A DNA stretch of 64,000 nucleotides from Bdellovibrio sp. (GCA_036676395.1 JAKFCY010000002.1:2432001-2496000); one strand, 5' to 3'; positions 8,780 to 19,805 are shown, counted from the stretch's first letter. The notes: generated from the letters alone by a model not told the origin. Numbers and translations: made by a program.

Positions 8780-10051
8780 ATGAAATACGTAATTGAACTA
8801 CAAGATGGATCAAACAAACGCTGGGATATCGATAATTATGCCAATATCGGAAGCGACAGCAACTGCCCGGTTCAGGTTCAAATGCCCGGAGTTTCAGCTC
8901 GCCATTTTCGCCTCGAGGTCAAAAACAACAAATTAGTTATTAAAGATCTGCTCAGCGAAGAAGGCACCTTCGTCAACAGCGTTCAGATTGTTGAAAGTAT
9001 TTTGGCTGATGGAGATTTGATTTCTGCAGGTTATGCTGACTTTGTTGTTCATGATTTAACAAAAGTTAAAAATCATTTTCCGTTATCAAGTAAATCAGAA
9101 TTCTGGAATCAACAATTACAAACACTAGGTTCAGTGGCCGAAACTGATTACCCCGTTTTATTATTAGGCCCATCAGGCACTGGTAAAGATGTGTTAACTA
9201 AAAACTTACATCAAGCTTCAACACGCAGACAGGCCCCTTTTTTAAGTGTGAACTGTTCAGCATTAACAGAAACCTTAATTGAGAGTGAATTATTCGGTCA
9301 CACTCGTGGAAGTTTTACCGGAGCCATTGCCGATCGTAAGGGAGCTTTTGAAGCGGCACGCGGAGGCACTTTGTTTTTAGATGAGATTGGTGATTTATCT
9401 TACGCTCTTCAGGCAAAATTATTACGCGCCATTGAAAATGCTGAAATTCGTCCGGTGGGTTCAGACCGTACCATCAAAACAGATGTTCGCATCATCGCAG
9501 CCACACATCAGAATCTTCAACAAAAAATTGAAGATGGATTGTTTCGCGCCGATTTATACTTTCGTTTAAATGTAATCACTATTGATGTACCCAGTTTAAA
9601 AGACCGCATCGAAGACTTTGATGATTTACTTTATACATTTTCACGCGAGATGAAGGTGCGTTTTTCTTATAACGCCACTATTCGTTTAAGAAAACATGAT
9701 TGGCCAGGCAACATTCGTGAACTAAAAAACCTAGTCGCTCGCGCATCTGCTTTATACCCGAAAGCTTATATCACTGAAGAGCATATCGAATTGTTATTAA
9801 ATAAACGTGATCGTTTATCTTCTGTTGCAGGACCATCGATGAATAATGGCGCTAAATATGCCATGCCACAATCACCCAATGCCCCATCGCTTTCGGTGAT
9901 TCGTGAGATCGAAAAGCAGATGATTTTAAAAAGACTTGCCGCCAATCATGGAAATCAAAAATTAACAGCACTTGATTTAGGAATTCCAAAGTCGACTTTG
10001 CATGACCGAATTAAAAGTTACAATATCGATGTGAAGGTATTTAAGGCTTAA
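8780..10051 (+). CDS. FHA-domain sigma54-dependent transcriptional activator (AAA+, Fis-type HTH)
   Basis: FHA motifs (IGS...VSARH...GTFVN), GPSGTGKD, ESELFGH, GSFTGA, LFLDEIG, WPGNIRELKN, C-terminal HTH. Confidence 0.92.
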   Translation: MKYVIELQDGSNKRWDIDNYANIGSDSNCPVQVQMPGVSARHFRLEVKNNKLVIKDLLSEEGTFVNSVQIVESILADGDLISAGYADFVVHDLTKVKNHFPLSSKSEFWNQQLQTLGSVAETDYPVLLLGPSGTGKDVLTKNLHQASTRRQAPFLSVNCSALTETLIESELFGHTRGSFTGAIADRKGAFEAARGGTLFLDEIGDLSYALQAKLLRAIENAEIRPVGSDRTIKTDVRIIAATHQNLQQKIEDGLFRADLYFRLNVITIDVPSLKDRIEDFDDLLYTFSREMKVRFSYNATIRLRKHDWPGNIRELKNLVARASALYPKAYITEEHIELLLNKRDRLSSVAGPSMNNGAKYAMPQSPNAPSLSVIREIEKQMILKRLAANHGNQKLTALDLGIPKSTLHDRIKSYNIDVKVFKA

Positions 10052-10844
10052 TTACTATATTTTTATAATAAACTTTGCGAACTTGGCCGTCGGTTAAGTT
10101 TGCATTGATTTTTGCTAAGATCGATTCGCTTAAGGCTTGTTTGCCAGTGCTTGTGTCTAAATCGTCGTAAGTAAATTCTTCGGTTACACGTAAAATTAAA
10201 TCGCGAAATTCGGCTTCACGGTCTTTAATTTCAACAATCGGTTCATTTGAAACTCCGTGAATCACAATTTCAAAAGAAATCATCGGGTTATTCGATGAAC
10301 TTTCTGAGGGGCGTAAATTCGCTGTCATTTTAATTAATGACATCACGTTTTTTGAAAAGCGCACGTTATCATAAAAAGGCTCAACCGCTTCTAACATATC
10401 GTAATCATGAACTGTCACTCCAAGATCTGCGTATGAAGTTAAAAATAGCTGCGTAGGGGCTGACCAAAAATGAGCTTTATAAAGTTTCAAGCCACCATAA
10501 CCAACGCCGCCCAATATTAGCCAAAAGGTGATCGCTTGTTTTGGGTATTTGTGGATCATTAATGGTTTTAGCACCAACCCCCAAAATGGAGATTTAACTG
10601 CGCCAAAAATCGAAGTGAAAAACTTAACAATGCGGTGAGGTGGTTTAACAGCTAATGAGGTATCCAGTAAAGATTCATCGACGGCTTCATTTTCGATACT
10701 GATATCGCCGACAGTTTTCATGAATTCGGGATCTTCTTCATTTAAGACGTCTTCAAGAAACCGCAGGTTTTCCTCAAGCTCAGCTTCAGCGCCAGCATCC
10801 ATACTTTTGCCAAATTTCAGTTTAAACAGATCCATCATGCACAC
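10041..10844 (-). CDS. FliL-family membrane protein
   Basis: Acidic N-terminus, single TM segment, FliL-like C-terminus (RDLILR...LDTSTGKQAL...VRKVYY). Confidence 0.7.
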   Translation of the reverse strand: MCMMDLFKLKFGKSMDAGAEAELEENLRFLEDVLNEEDPEFMKTVGDISIENEAVDESLLDTSLAVKPPHRIVKFFTSIFGAVKSPFWGLVLKPLMIHKYPKQAITFWLILGGVGYGGLKLYKAHFWSAPTQLFLTSYADLGVTVHDYDMLEAVEPFYDNVRFSKNVMSLIKMTANLRPSESSSNNPMISFEIVIHGVSNEPIVEIKDREAEFRDLILRVTEEFTYDDLDTSTGKQALSESILAKINANLTDGQVRKVYYKNIVIKP

Positions 10845-10948
10845 CTAGGTTACATATAGAAATTTTTAAAAGCTAGGACCATCTAACCTTCGTCCAGAAA
10901 TATGAAAAAGCAAACACAACCGGCCTTAGATATTTTAAGATATAGTAT

Positions 10949-11626
10949 ATGAAAAAATCTTTATTATTTGGCTTTATTGCCTTGGGTTTGATGATGACTT
11001 CATCGTGTGCAAACTGGATCAAAACAGCATCACGCCCCGAACTAGAAGAAACGACTAACCGCAAAGAAGAAACTTCTCGCCAAACAGTAACTGCTGATCC
11101 AACAAAAGACCCCGATCGCCTTTCAGATAAAGATTTAGATAAATACGCCTATGAGTTGGGCTTTGATCCGCGCAAAGGCTTAAGCGAAACAGAACGCAAA
11201 GATGCCTTATCACGCCGTAAAGTTCGTCAACTTGAGCGTGGTTTAGATTCGCCAAAAGAACGCTTAAACTACTCGAAAGTTTTACCGTTGTTTGCCAATG
11301 ACCAAGAAAAAATTGATTACTTGTCGATTCCTTCAATCGAAGGCCGCCTAGCTTGGGTCAATCGTAATAAATTATGGAATCGCGACAAAACAAATCCTGA
11401 TTTCATGGCCCTAACAGAAACACAGGATATCACATTAGGAATGTCACAAGAATTAGTGCGCAAAAGCTGGGGCGAACCGCAACAAGTTGAGCACAGTGGT
11501 AATCCAATTTATAAAAATGAACGCTGGAAATACACTCGCGAATTACCGACAGTTAGTGGATACAAACGCGAACGTCGTTACGTGTACTTCGAAGGTGGAC
11601 GCGTTGTTGGCTGGGAAACTGAGTAG
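10949..11626 (+). CDS. Lipoprotein with C-terminal SmpA/BamE-like motif
   Basis: Lipobox-like MTSSC; ITLGMSQELVRKSWGEP...ERWKY...VYFEGGRVVGW. Confidence 0.6.
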   Translation: MKKSLLFGFIALGLMMTSSCANWIKTASRPELEETTNRKEETSRQTVTADPTKDPDRLSDKDLDKYAYELGFDPRKGLSETERKDALSRRKVRQLERGLDSPKERLNYSKVLPLFANDQEKIDYLSIPSIEGRLAWVNRNKLWNRDKTNPDFMALTETQDITLGMSQELVRKSWGEPQQVEHSGNPIYKNERWKYTRELPTVSGYKRERRYVYFEGGRVVGWETE

Positions 11627-11653
11627 TTACAGAGCTCGCATCCTGCCGTCAGA

Positions 11654-14257
11654 TCAATGAGCTTGATCCCAGTTATCGCCGATTGATGAATTTACTTTCA
11701 ATGGCACTTTAAATTTCGCTACGTTTTCCATAATCGCTCTGATACGAGGCGCGTGGGTTTCTAAAACCTCTGGCGCACCTTCGAAAATCAATTCATCATG
11801 CACCTGTAATAACAATGTTAACGGCTCTTTATCCTGCACTAACCAGCGTTGCACATCGATCATGGCCATCTTCATAAGATCACTTGCTGTACCTTGAATT
11901 GGAGCGTTTATGGCCGCGCGCTCGCCGAATTTTTTTACCATCGCATTTGTTGAATCAAGCTCGGTTAAATAACGACGGCGTCCGAAAAGTGTTTCAACGT
12001 ATTTTTTCTGATGCGCAACTTCGATTGTTGTTTCGATATAATCTTTAATACCGCTGAATTTTTTAAAATAACGATCGATAATATCTTTTGATTCAGTTCG
12101 TGAAATTCCCAGTGTTTCAGCTAAACCGTAGGCCCCTTGGCCGTAAGCGATACCAAAATTTACTGCTTTTGCGATACGACGGTGTTCTTTAGTTACAGCT
12201 CTTAATTCTACGCCGAAAACTTCTGCGGCGGTTGCCGCATGGATATCTAAATCATCTTGAAAGGCTTTGATTAAGCCTTTGTCTTCTGAAATATGCGCTA
12301 ATACACGAAGTTCAATTTGTGAATAATCCAGCGATAATAATTTTTTACCACTGTCAGAAATAAAAGCCTGACGAACTTTGCGGCCCTTTTCAGTTTTGAT
12401 CGGAATATTTTGAATATTCGGATCAGTACTTGATAAACGCCCTGTGGCTGTAAAGGCCTGATTAAAATGAGTGTGAATTCTAGAATGAGAATCCACCATT
12501 TCTGGTAAGGCATCAACGTAAGTTGATTTTAGCTTCGATAATTCACGGTAATTGATCAAGAGCTGGCCAATCGGATGTTTTAGACCTTCTAAAACTTCAT
12601 TATCCGTTGAATAACCGGTTTTTGTTTTTTTAAGAGCTTCTAAGCCCATACGCTCAAATAAAATAACTCCTAATTGCTTAGGAGACGCGATATTAAATTT
12701 TTCGCCGGCGATCTGATGAATTTCAGTTTCTAATTTACCGATATCATCGCCTAGTTCTTTTGAAAAAATCGCCAGTGCCTGAGTATCGAGTTTGATACCC
12801 ACTTTTTCCATCGCGTAGAGAATTGGAATCAAGGGTTTTTCTAATTTTTCATAAATTGGCAACAATCCTTTTTCGCGGATTTCTGTTTGTACTTTTAATG
12901 ACAACTGAACAAAGGCATCAACCAGCTTGATCATATCAACTGGTTGTTTTGCTTCTGGTTTTAAATCGATATCTAAGAAATCTTTGATCACTTCAATAGG
13001 ATCAAGCATGTCTTGTGATTTAAGACAGTACGCTAAAAGCATCATGTCCCAGTCGATTTGTGCAGATAAAACATCTTCAATAGATAAATTCAGCTCTGAC
13101 CAAACTTGCTTAATATCAAATCCTGACCAAACTATATTTTTATAATCTAAATTAGCTTCTGAAGTTTGCGTAATATAGTAATCAAAATTATTAAAACAAA
13201 AACAAATTTGTGAATTTGCCGTATGAACAAAAAACTTTTCGTTCTTAATTCGTTGTTGCACAACCACAGCATCCCAAGTTTGCGCCTTAAGATCAGCTGC
13301 TAAACTGCTGTTGCCATTCACCGTAGGGCCAGGAGCCGCTGGTGTTGCAAAACTTGGCTCTGCACCAGAAATTTTGTGACCGTCACCTTTTTTAAGTGTA
13401 ACTTGCCCGTCACCTAATAGGCTTTTTTCGAATGATTTAAAATTTAATTCTTGTAAAAAAGCTCTTAGTTCTTCAGTTTTTAAATCTTTAACAATGTAGT
13501 CATCCATTGTTTTACCGGTGTTTACATCGGTCACAATCGTCACTAACTTTTTAGAAATAATCGCATCATCTTTAGATTTAATTAATTTTTCTTTAATTCC
13601 TGCAGGAGCTACTTTATCAATATTTTCGTAAATTTGCTCTAATGTGCCAAACTGCTCAATTAATTTTTGTGCGCCTTTTGGACCAATACCCGCCACTCCT
13701 GGAATATGATCTGATGTATCGCCTGTGATTGCTAGAAAATCGATAAATTGTGCCGGATACACACCGTGTTTTTCTTTTATGGCTTCTGTGGTGTAGACGA
13801 ATTCTTTCATGGTGTCGTAAAGAAAAATATTTTCATTCACCAGCTGACTAAAATCTTTATCACCACTCACGATATAAGCTTGGTAACCTTCTTTAGCTGC
13901 TTGCACAGCGATTGTTCCAATTAAATCGTCGGCTTCATATCCAGCAACTTCGATATCTGCGATTCCGAATAATTCTGCCACTTGTTTTAAGTACGGCATT
14001 TGCACTTGCAGATCATCTGGCATGGTTGTGCGATTGGCTTTGTATTCTGTGTAGAGGTCTTTTCTAAATGATGGCTCTTTGCGGTCGTAACAAAAGACAA
14101 CGTGATCTGGATTTTTTTCTTTAAAAAGTTTTACGATCATTGAAATAAAACCGTAAACTGCGTTGACCGGAACTCCCTTTGTCGAAGACAACGGGCGAAT
14201 GGCGTAGAAGGCACGAAAAAACATAGAACTGACATCAACGAGATAGATTTTCTTCAT
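11654..14257 (-). CDS. polA: DNA polymerase I
   Basis: 5'-3' exonuclease (YEADD, IVSGDKD, GDTSDHIPGV) and polymerase motifs (TATGRLSS, DYSQIELR, AKAVNFG, QVHDEL). Confidence 0.98.
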   Translation of the reverse strand: MKKIYLVDVSSMFFRAFYAIRPLSSTKGVPVNAVYGFISMIVKLFKEKNPDHVVFCYDRKEPSFRKDLYTEYKANRTTMPDDLQVQMPYLKQVAELFGIADIEVAGYEADDLIGTIAVQAAKEGYQAYIVSGDKDFSQLVNENIFLYDTMKEFVYTTEAIKEKHGVYPAQFIDFLAITGDTSDHIPGVAGIGPKGAQKLIEQFGTLEQIYENIDKVAPAGIKEKLIKSKDDAIISKKLVTIVTDVNTGKTMDDYIVKDLKTEELRAFLQELNFKSFEKSLLGDGQVTLKKGDGHKISGAEPSFATPAAPGPTVNGNSSLAADLKAQTWDAVVVQQRIKNEKFFVHTANSQICFCFNNFDYYITQTSEANLDYKNIVWSGFDIKQVWSELNLSIEDVLSAQIDWDMMLLAYCLKSQDMLDPIEVIKDFLDIDLKPEAKQPVDMIKLVDAFVQLSLKVQTEIREKGLLPIYEKLEKPLIPILYAMEKVGIKLDTQALAIFSKELGDDIGKLETEIHQIAGEKFNIASPKQLGVILFERMGLEALKKTKTGYSTDNEVLEGLKHPIGQLLINYRELSKLKSTYVDALPEMVDSHSRIHTHFNQAFTATGRLSSTDPNIQNIPIKTEKGRKVRQAFISDSGKKLLSLDYSQIELRVLAHISEDKGLIKAFQDDLDIHAATAAEVFGVELRAVTKEHRRIAKAVNFGIAYGQGAYGLAETLGISRTESKDIIDRYFKKFSGIKDYIETTIEVAHQKKYVETLFGRRRYLTELDSTNAMVKKFGERAAINAPIQGTASDLMKMAMIDVQRWLVQDKEPLTLLLQVHDELIFEGAPEVLETHAPRIRAIMENVAKFKVPLKVNSSIGDNWDQAH

Positions 14258-14300
14258 CGAAAAAATCTACCCTCAAGTGCCTAGGTTGTCATGACATGGG

Positions 14301-14540
14301 TTACTGTTTTAGAGGTGAGTCGTTTGTTTGCAGTTGCCGAGCGTAGCGGTCGAATTGCTCTACATTTTGGAGCTCTGTCCAGCTGTCGCAAAGAGCGTTT
14401 AATTTGAGTTCTTGTGAGTATTCGCTCACCTGTCTGTTTAAAATTTGCGTGTCTATTTGGCCTAATTCTAGTCGACGTTTTAACTCGGTTTTTGTAAGGC
14501 CCATAATTAACGATAAATGTTCTAATTTCATAAGTACCAC
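14301..14540 (-). CDS. Small hypothetical protein
   Basis: 79-aa ORF filling the gap co-directionally between the ftsB-like gene and polA; no recognisable motif. Confidence 0.45.
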   Translation of the reverse strand: MVLMKLEHLSLIMGLTKTELKRRLELGQIDTQILNRQVSEYSQELKLNALCDSWTELQNVEQFDRYARQLQTNDSPLKQ

Positions 14541-14623
14541 ATTAGAGCTTTTGCTCTAAGTCGTTACAAGGCCTAATGCTTTGCGATACTTTTGCTTAAA
14601 ATTAAAGCTAAATCAGACAATAG

Positions 14624-14929
14624 CTATTCAGGAAATACAAAGATAAGGTCGTGATCACCCACCAGATCCATTTTATCGCGGGCTTGGCGTTCGATGTAAG
14701 TTGTGTCGGTAGCTTGTTTAATTTGGGTATCGATCACTCGCATCTGTGCTTTGGCTTGCAATGATTGGCTCACGATCGTGTCTTCATCGCGATAAAGGCC
14801 CCAAAGTTTCCATAAAGTGCCGTTCAAAAATAGCGTTGCAGTTAACACCATTAAACAGGCGAAAAAAACTTTTTGAGGTCGGCTTAGCCAACGTTGAATG
14901 GCAAAGGCCATGTTGCGCAGTTGATCCAT
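14624..14929 (-). CDS. Septum formation initiator family (FtsB/DivIC-like)
   Basis: TM segment + coiled coil + YIERQARDKMDLV...IFVF; lies downstream of eno as is usual for ftsB. Confidence 0.8.
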   Translation of the reverse strand: MDQLRNMAFAIQRWLSRPQKVFFACLMVLTATLFLNGTLWKLWGLYRDEDTIVSQSLQAKAQMRVIDTQIKQATDTTYIERQARDKMDLVGDHDLIFVFPE

Positions 14930-14986
14930 GAAATTAGTTTCTATTTTTTTTGCGCTGATGGGTATGGCTTATAGTCTAGTTTTACT

Positions 14987-15820
14987 TCAAGAAAATCGCG
15001 TATTCAAATCTTCTAAACGAAATTCAGTAAGAAGTGCTTGTAAACGTTCTTTGGCCTGGCGCACTTGATGATTTTTATCTGGATTGTTGTGTTTAGAGGC
15101 CACAATTAATTCATTTTTCATTGAGTGTTCAAAACCAACAAGTTCAGTCACGGTCACATCATATCCGGCAGCAGTTAATTCTAATGTGCGCAGTACGTTT
15201 GTTAAATGCGAACCAAATTCACGTGTGTGAATAGGTTGGCGAAATAATTCTGACATTGGGTTAGCTAACATCTTGGCTTTGTTTTGGCGTAAATGCGAAG
15301 CCACTTCAGCTTGGCAACATGGAACTAAAACTATGTGCTTGGCTTTTTTTGCTAACGCGAAATGAATCGCATCATCAGTTGCTGTATCGCACGCATGTAA
15401 TGCCGTAACGATTTCAACTGATTCAGGTAATTTTTTAGTTGTGATTGAATCAGCGACCGTTAAATGTAAAAAATCCATATTCGGAAATTTTAATTTATCA
15501 GCTAAGTCTTTTGATTTTTTTACTAGCTCTTCACGAAATTCGATACCGAATACTTTATTGGGCTTATTTAGCGACTTGAAAAATAAATCATAGATAATAA
15601 AACCTAAATACGATTTACCTGCCCCGTGATCGACTAAATTAATTTGCGCTGAATTTTCATTAAGGTCTTTTAATAAAGGCTCAATGAAATGATACAGGTG
15701 ATACACTTGCTTAAGCTTACGACGAGAATCCTGGTTAATTTTTCCGTCGCGAGTTAAGATGTGAAGCTCTTTTAAAAGCTCAATCGATTGGCCTGGTTTT
15801 AAATCAAGATCATGTGACAT
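14987..15820 (-). CDS. SAM-dependent methyltransferase (Methyltransf_32-like)
   Basis: VDHGAGKSYLGF, TALHACDTATDDA, VLVPCCQ, EHSMKNELI. Confidence 0.88.
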   Translation of the reverse strand: MSHDLDLKPGQSIELLKELHILTRDGKINQDSRRKLKQVYHLYHFIEPLLKDLNENSAQINLVDHGAGKSYLGFIIYDLFFKSLNKPNKVFGIEFREELVKKSKDLADKLKFPNMDFLHLTVADSITTKKLPESVEIVTALHACDTATDDAIHFALAKKAKHIVLVPCCQAEVASHLRQNKAKMLANPMSELFRQPIHTREFGSHLTNVLRTLELTAAGYDVTVTELVGFEHSMKNELIVASKHNNPDKNHQVRQAKERLQALLTEFRLEDLNTRFS

Positions 15821-15823
15821 AAG

Positions 15824-16330
15824 TTATTTTTTCTTTTCACAAAGTAAAGCAGTGTCGAATTTCATTTGTAGATTTACAGATTCAGAATCTGAATATTTTC
15901 TGACTTGTTCGATTTGTTCTGTAACCACAGATTTTAAAGTTTTTAAATAATTAGACGATGATGCTGAAGTTTTAGCGGTGCACGATAACTCAAGTAAAAA
16001 CAAAGCGTATTCAGCCTGCTTTTTATGAGAACTTAAATTTAGAGCTGAATTCGAAGGCTTCGGTTTTGCTTTTTGCTGCTTTGCTTTTTCTTTCTGAATC
16101 AAACCTTTACCTGCAGGTAAAGTACCTAAAAGCTCTTCAACTGTAAGTTTTTCTTTTTCGTGAAGCTGACTAACTTGTTTTTTAAAACATTCAGAAATGA
16201 CTTCGTTTTTTAGACAAAGTTTTTCAATGTTGGCCGCTTGAAATTTATAATTGAGATCAAAAACTTTGGGATTTCCAAAAACTGTCGAAGATACGACGGT
16301 TAATAAAAGAAAAATCCCAAGTTTATTCAC
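15824..16330 (-). CDS. Secreted hypothetical protein
   Basis: Signal peptide; abuts the eno stop codon. Confidence 0.55.
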   Translation of the reverse strand: MNKLGIFLLLTVVSSTVFGNPKVFDLNYKFQAANIEKLCLKNEVISECFKKQVSQLHEKEKLTVEELLGTLPAGKGLIQKEKAKQQKAKPKPSNSALNLSSHKKQAEYALFLLELSCTAKTSASSSNYLKTLKSVVTEQIEQVRKYSDSESVNLQMKFDTALLCEKKK

Positions 16331-17599
16331 TTAGCGAAATCCAGCTTTATCCCAGTATACGCCCATACCACCAAGATCTTCTTCGATTCTTAGCAATTGA
16401 TTATACTTAGCAGTACGTTCACCACGGCATAAAGAGCCCGTTTTGATTTGGTGACAGTTTAATGCTACGGCAAGATCAGCAATAATTGTATCTTCAGTTT
16501 CGCCAGATCTGTGTGACATCACTGTTTTCATTTTATGGCGTTGAGCTAAGTTAACCGCTTCAAACGTTTCTGTTAATGTACCGATTTGGTTTACTTTAAC
16601 TAATAAAGCGTTGGCTGCTTTTTTCTCTAAACCCATGCGTAAACGTTTTGGGTTAGTTACGAATAAGTCATCACCTACAAGCTGTACGTGGTTACCCATG
16701 GCTGCAGTTGCAGAAACCCATGAATCCCAGTCATCTTCAGAGAAACCATCTTCGATAGAAACTAATGGATATTTTTCGCTCCATTTTTTATAAACGTTTT
16801 CTAATTCTTTACCTGAGATTTGGTTTTTCTCCCAAGTGTACTTGTTATCTTTATATAATTCAGTGGCAGCCACGTCCAAAGCTAAGAACATGTTTTGTCC
16901 CGCTTCGTAGCCGGCTTCCATAATCGCTTGCATTAGTAATTCAAGGGCTTCTTCATTTGATTTCAAAACTGGAGCGAATCCACCTTCATCACCAACGGCC
17001 GTTGATAAACCTTTTTTGTGGAGAATTTTTTTCAATGTGTGAAATACTTCGGCTCCGGCACGTAAACTTTCTGCGTACGAATTATTTACTGTCGGAACGA
17101 TCATGAATTCTTGAATATCTAAACCGTTGTTCGCATGGGCGCCGCCGTTTAATACGTTCATTAACGGAACCGGTAAACGGCAAGCTTGTGAACCACCAAC
17201 ATATCTGTAAAGCGGAAGACCTGCATCTTTGGCAGCCGCTTGAGCTACAGCTAATGAAACACCTAAGATCGCATTAGCACCTAAGTTTGATTTGTTTTCA
17301 GTGCCGTCGATGTCGCGTAAAACTTTATCGATGTAAACTTGTTCAAAAACATTCAAGCCCACAACTTCAGGAGCAATTTTTTCACGCACGTTATCTACAG
17401 CTTTAAAAACACCTTTTCCTAAGAAACGTTTTTTATCGCCGTCACGTAATTCGTAAGCTTCATGTGCACCCGTTGAAGCTCCAGATGGAACAGCAGCGCG
17501 GCCCATGTTGCCATCAGCAGTTTTAACTTCGACTTCGATTGTTGGATTGCCACGGCTATCTAAAATTTCGCGACCTTGAACACTTACGATTTCTGACAT
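16331..17599 (-). CDS. eno: Enolase
   Basis: [47 protein letters not shown]. Confidence 0.98.
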   Translation of the reverse strand: MSEIVSVQGREILDSRGNPTIEVEVKTADGNMGRAAVPSGASTGAHEAYELRDGDKKRFLGKGVFKAVDNVREKIAPEVVGLNVFEQVYIDKVLRDIDGTENKSNLGANAILGVSLAVAQAAAKDAGLPLYRYVGGSQACRLPVPLMNVLNGGAHANNGLDIQEFMIVPTVNNSYAESLRAGAEVFHTLKKILHKKGLSTAVGDEGGFAPVLKSNEEALELLMQAIMEAGYEAGQNMFLALDVAATELYKDNKYTWEKNQISGKELENVYKKWSEKYPLVSIEDGFSEDDWDSWVSATAAMGNHVQLVGDDLFVTNPKRLRMGLEKKAANALLVKVNQIGTLTETFEAVNLAQRHKMKTVMSHRSGETEDTIIADLAVALNCHQIKTGSLCRGERTAKYNQLLRIEEDLGGMGVYWDKAGFR

Positions 17600-17601
17600 T
17601 G

Positions 17602-18648
17602 TTAATCCTTTTTTGATTCTAGCTGTGATTCTGTGCGTGTCTTCGACACGGCTTCTTCCGAATCAGGCTTACTCATTTTTTTTAAAATTTCGATACTTTC
17701 AAAAATAATTTGTGGGTATTGGCTTTTGACTAAATCCCAATCCACTCGGTGAAATGCGGCTTTCATTCCCGGAGTCACTTTTTGACCCGCAGTTAATAAC
17801 GTCACCAATTGATGGGCGCGCACCATGTAATCATGCAAGCGCGCTAAATTTTGCGCCACTTGATGTGTTGGTTTTTTGATAAATTCAAATTGTGAAAAAT
17901 CATTTGGCGAAAAAGAAACCGCTTGCAACGTATCTTTAGAAGACCACTTTTGTTCAGCCACACGTTGTAGTTCTTCGTTACGGCGTTGAAGCTCACGATT
18001 TTTTTCTTCAAGATCACGCGAACTGATTTGCAATTGGTTAATCACCTCTTGCATTAATTGCGGCGACACTTGGTGATGTTCTTGCTCATCCAAAATTGTA
18101 TCTTGGTAACCTGGCCAATCTAATTCAAAGTGCACCTGCGTCCAACGACAAACCCCAGGAGTTAAGCCAACATAAATCGGCAACGCTTCGAACGCGGCTT
18201 TTAAATACGTTGTTACTAATGGGTATTGTTCTGCCGGAAGCGGAATATCAAAACTGATTCCCGCATCGGTGCGAATCACATTTTCAATCGGCGGCTCAGG
18301 AGAAATAAAATAACCTAAAAACTTTTCGGGCTGATGAAAAATTTCTTGCGGACGCGGCATCATGCGAAGAACTGAATCCAGCACGCCCCACGCACGAAGC
18401 TTTGGAGTCACATGCCCTGCGGCTTCGATTTGTTCGCGTTTAGTGATGATACGTTCTAGAAATGCTTCCATGTCTGGTGCATACATCCAGTTTGATGGAT
18501 CTTTTAAAAAATCCCACGGTACATCTTGTTCTGAAAAATACGCATTTAGATCAACCTTTTCGGTTTCTAAATACTTCAAAATAGAATTCGTTATTTTACA
18601 GCTAAAATGCACTCGAAAAAGGTAGCCTCTGACTCTGTAGAGTGGCAA
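17602..18648 (-). CDS. Hypothetical protein with central coiled coil
   Basis: 348-aa ORF ending 2 nt before eno; [16 protein letters not shown] coiled coil; start uncertain. Confidence 0.7.
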   Translation of the reverse strand: MPLYRVRGYLFRVHFSCKITNSILKYLETEKVDLNAYFSEQDVPWDFLKDPSNWMYAPDMEAFLERIITKREQIEAAGHVTPKLRAWGVLDSVLRMMPRPQEIFHQPEKFLGYFISPEPPIENVIRTDAGISFDIPLPAEQYPLVTTYLKAAFEALPIYVGLTPGVCRWTQVHFELDWPGYQDTILDEQEHHQVSPQLMQEVINQLQISSRDLEEKNRELQRRNEELQRVAEQKWSSKDTLQAVSFSPNDFSQFEFIKKPTHQVAQNLARLHDYMVRAHQLVTLLTAGQKVTPGMKAAFHRVDWDLVKSQYPQIIFESIEILKKMSKPDSEEAVSKTRTESQLESKKD

Positions 18649-18703
18649 CCATTTACAGAGTGCAAAAGCGCGAAAATATTGGCTTTTCTAGCTTAACAGA
18701 GCA

Positions 18704-19699
18704 CTATTTAGGCAGAGTTTCCATCTTATCAGCTACAGAGTTGTAAACTTGGTTCAAATTTGTCCAAGTTGCATTGATTTGTGGCTGAACTTCTAAAGCT
18801 TTATAAAGCAAAGCTAAGCCAGACAACTCATTACCGTTGCCATGAATTAGAACGATAGAGCCATTCTTGATCTTCTGACCTTTACCAAGCCAGGCGTTTG
18901 CCCCCAATGGAATTAAACCCCAAGATTTCAATTGGCTGATTAACAGATCACTTGAGATTAACCCGGGAAAACGAAAAAATATCGACGGCACTAAACCTTG
19001 CGATAACATCACCATTTCGTTTCCTAAAACCTCGCGCTGAAAATCAACGCCTGGGGATAACAAAAAGTTTTCTTCAATAGGTTTTGTTTTATCATAAGGA
19101 TGAGTTAATGAATGATTTGCCCAAGTGATATTAATTTTTTTCTCGTCTTGTAGTTTTAATAAATAAACAAATTCATCGTGATGATTTTTAATCCACAAAC
19201 CAGAAACCGCTAAGGTAACCGGAATATTCGTCATGTAACCACTTTGAATACGCTCAAAGATTTCAGTTTGTAGTTTTTTACTTGAAGGGCAAAGATCGAT
19301 TGTTAAATAAGTCTCATTGGGCCCTGGATCTTTAGCTTTTTGAATTCCCGCACCGGCAGTTGGTGAAGGTACGCGCGTAGAATCAGTTAAGATCGATGCG
19401 TATTTCGACTGAGAATTTATATCAAAATTGCCACAGCTGCTTAAACATTTTTCTGGAATGATGGCCGTTTGTAAGGTTTTACTGCTGACAATTAAGTTAT
19501 ACACTTCGCCGCGTAATTTGAAACGACGAAGACTGACTACATTTGATTGATTTAATTGGCACGAATGCATCGTCAGTTGATACGATTTTTTATCGATACC
19601 TGCGCTATCCACGGCAAAGCGTTTTGTAACTGGCGTACAGTCGAAAGCCTGCGCGATTGTGGATGCTAAAAATGTTGCAATAAGTAAGGCTATTTTCAC
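18704..19699 (-). CDS. Secreted polysaccharide deacetylase-like protein
   Basis: YLTIDLCPS, WANHSLTHPY, FFRFPGL, IVLIHGNGNE. Start moved to GTG 19699 (MKIALLI) because a sigma54-like site abuts the ORF-track start and predicts +1 near 19701. Confidence 0.8.
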   Translation of the reverse strand: MKIALLIATFLASTIAQAFDCTPVTKRFAVDSAGIDKKSYQLTMHSCQLNQSNVVSLRRFKLRGEVYNLIVSSKTLQTAIIPEKCLSSCGNFDINSQSKYASILTDSTRVPSPTAGAGIQKAKDPGPNETYLTIDLCPSSKKLQTEIFERIQSGYMTNIPVTLAVSGLWIKNHHDEFVYLLKLQDEKKINITWANHSLTHPYDKTKPIEENFLLSPGVDFQREVLGNEMVMLSQGLVPSIFFRFPGLISSDLLISQLKSWGLIPLGANAWLGKGQKIKNGSIVLIHGNGNELSGLALLYKALEVQPQINATWTNLNQVYNSVADKMETLPK

Positions 19700-19711
19700 T
19701 CTGAATATCAA

Positions 19712-19727
19712 AGCAAAGACGTATCCA
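19712..19727 (-). promoter_or_regulatory. sigma54-like promoter
   Basis: TGGA-N7-TTGCT on the minus strand. Confidence 0.5.
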
Positions 19728-19805
19728 GCTTGAACTGCATTTTAACGTGTTTTTAACGTTAAAACTGTCTAAATGTTTTATATTGAGACGGTTTAAGCCG
19801 GCTGG

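Noticed and set aside
9307..9330. GSFTGA instead of GAFTGA as a sign of an inactive activator
   Set aside because: GSFTGA is a known natural variant in functional enhancer-binding proteins.
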